Assembly: GCA_964016885.1 (NCBI GenBank) | Contig: OZ024740.1 | Coordinates: 438,340,001 to 438,404,000 of the forward strand | Source of the DNA: Eledone cirrhosa | Lineage: Eukaryota | Length of the DNA: 64,000 bases | Direction of reading: 5' to 3' | Part shown: piece after piece, positions 62,747 through 64,000 of the stretch | Position numbering within the stretch: the first letter of the stretch is position 1 | Layout: every line of letters starts with the position of its first letter | Notes under the pieces: generated by a model | The model's input: the letters and a program-made list of their open reading frames with translations, nothing else | Databases searched by the model: none | What the model was told of the DNA's origin: nothing | Translations under genes and position numbers: made by a program

Positions 62747-64000
62747 TACATACCTTTATAGTACATAACTTAATAGAACATGCCTTTATAGAAAATACCT
62801 TTATAGAACAGACCTTTATAGAACATATCTTTATAGAAAATACCTTTATAGAAAATACCTTTATAGAACATACCTTTATAGAACATACCTTTATAGAACA
62901 TACTTTTATAGAACACACCTTTATAGAATACACCTTAATATAACATACCTTAATAGAACACACCTTTATAGAACATACATTTATATTACACAACTTTATA
63001 GTACACACCTTTAGCGTACATACCTTAATAGAACATACCTTTATAGAACATATCTTTAGAGAATATATCTTTATAGAATAGACCTTTATAGAACATACCT
63101 TTATAGAACACACCTTTATAATACATAACTTTATAGAACACACCTTTATAAAACATACCTTTATAGAACATACGTTTATAGAACACACCTTTATAGAATA
63201 CACCTTAATATAACATACCTTTATAGAACACACCTTAATAGAACATGCCTTTATAGAACAGGCCTTTATAGAACATACCTTTGTAGTACATACCTTTATA
63301 GTACATACCTTAATAGAACATGCCTTTATAGAAAATACCTTTATAGAACAGACCTTTATAGAACATACCTTTGTAGAAAATACCTTTATAGAAAATACCT
63401 TTATAGAACATACCTTTATAGAACATACCTTTATAGAACATACCTTTATAGAACACACCTTAATAGAACATACCTTTATAGAACATACCTTTATAGAACA
63501 TACCTTTATAGAACCTAACTTCATAGAACATACCTTTATAGAACATACCTTTATAGAACATACCTTTATAGAATATACCTTTATAGAATATACCTTTATA
63601 GAACAGAACTTTATAGAACATACCTTTATAGAACATACCTTTATAGAACATACCTTTATAGAACAGACCTTTATAGAACATACCTTTATAGAAAATACCT
63701 TTATAGAACATACCTTTATAGAACACACCTTTATAGAACATACCTTTATTGAACATACCTCAATATAACATAACTTAATTGAACACACCTTTATAGAACA
63801 CACCTTAATAGAACACACCTTTATAGACCATACCTTAATAGAACATACCTTTATAGAACAGACCTTTATAGAACATACCTTTATACAACATACCTTTATA
63901 GAACACACCTTAATAGAACATACCTTTATAGAACATACCTTTATAGAACACACCTTTATAGAACATACCTTTATAGAATATACCTTTCTAGAAGATACCT

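Larger units (their letters stand above)
1..64000. repeat. 15-bp tandem satellite array, consensus AGAACATACCTTTAT (reverse complement ATAAAGGTATGTTCT), about 4,270 head-to-tail monomers, running off both window edges
   Basis: The 15-bp period is visible in every line, and the 60-nt lines stay in register for kilobases. Most monomers differ from consensus by 0-3 substitutions. All ORF translations are pentapeptide repeats. No inverted monomers or non-repeat inserts were seen. Confidence 0.99.

Noticed and set aside
485-63756. Short MFYKG, IEHTF and YRTYL repeat ORFs
   Set aside because: These are alternative registers of the same repeat. They overlap each other on both strands and are opened or closed by single variants.
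1-64000. CRISPR array
   Set aside because: There are no unique spacers between repeats, the 15-bp unit is too short and contiguous, and no cas genes or leader are present.
1-64000. Telomerase-synthesised telomeric tract
   Set aside because: The array has no strongly G-rich strand, and the many inherited variants arranged in multi-kb duplications indicate recombinational or replicative amplification rather than templated addition. A subtelomeric location is not excluded.
1-64000. Purely artifactual sequence (sequencing or assembly stutter)
   Set aside because: The hierarchical, shared and domain-specific variants are what an evolved array would show. Individual near-identical duplications still need read-level confirmation.

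Overview
The whole 64-kb window is one uninterrupted, single-orientation tandem array (satellite DNA) of an AT-rich 15-bp monomer, consensus AGAACATACCTTTAT (4 of 15 bases G/C, about 4,270 copies). I see no unique sequence, conventional gene, RNA gene, transposon or CRISPR array, and the ORFs in the track are translations of the repeat (VCSIK, MFYKG, IEHTF and YRTYL registers). The structure lies in the variant monomers. They define nested higher-order repeats: near-perfect tandem duplications of 2144, 3300, 3539, 2010 and 3991 bp, plus longer-range copies. They also define recurrent landmark cassettes, only 16 register-shifting indels, and a more diverged central domain (about 36-52.5 kb) between two related flanks. 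The most provocative observation is that the minus-strand VCSIK register has no in-register stop codon over the first ~29 kb, and two very common variants are synonymous in it. This may simply reflect amplification of a few variants, so coding function is unproven. The organism and chromosomal location cannot be determined from the sequence; eukaryotic heterochromatin is an inference.
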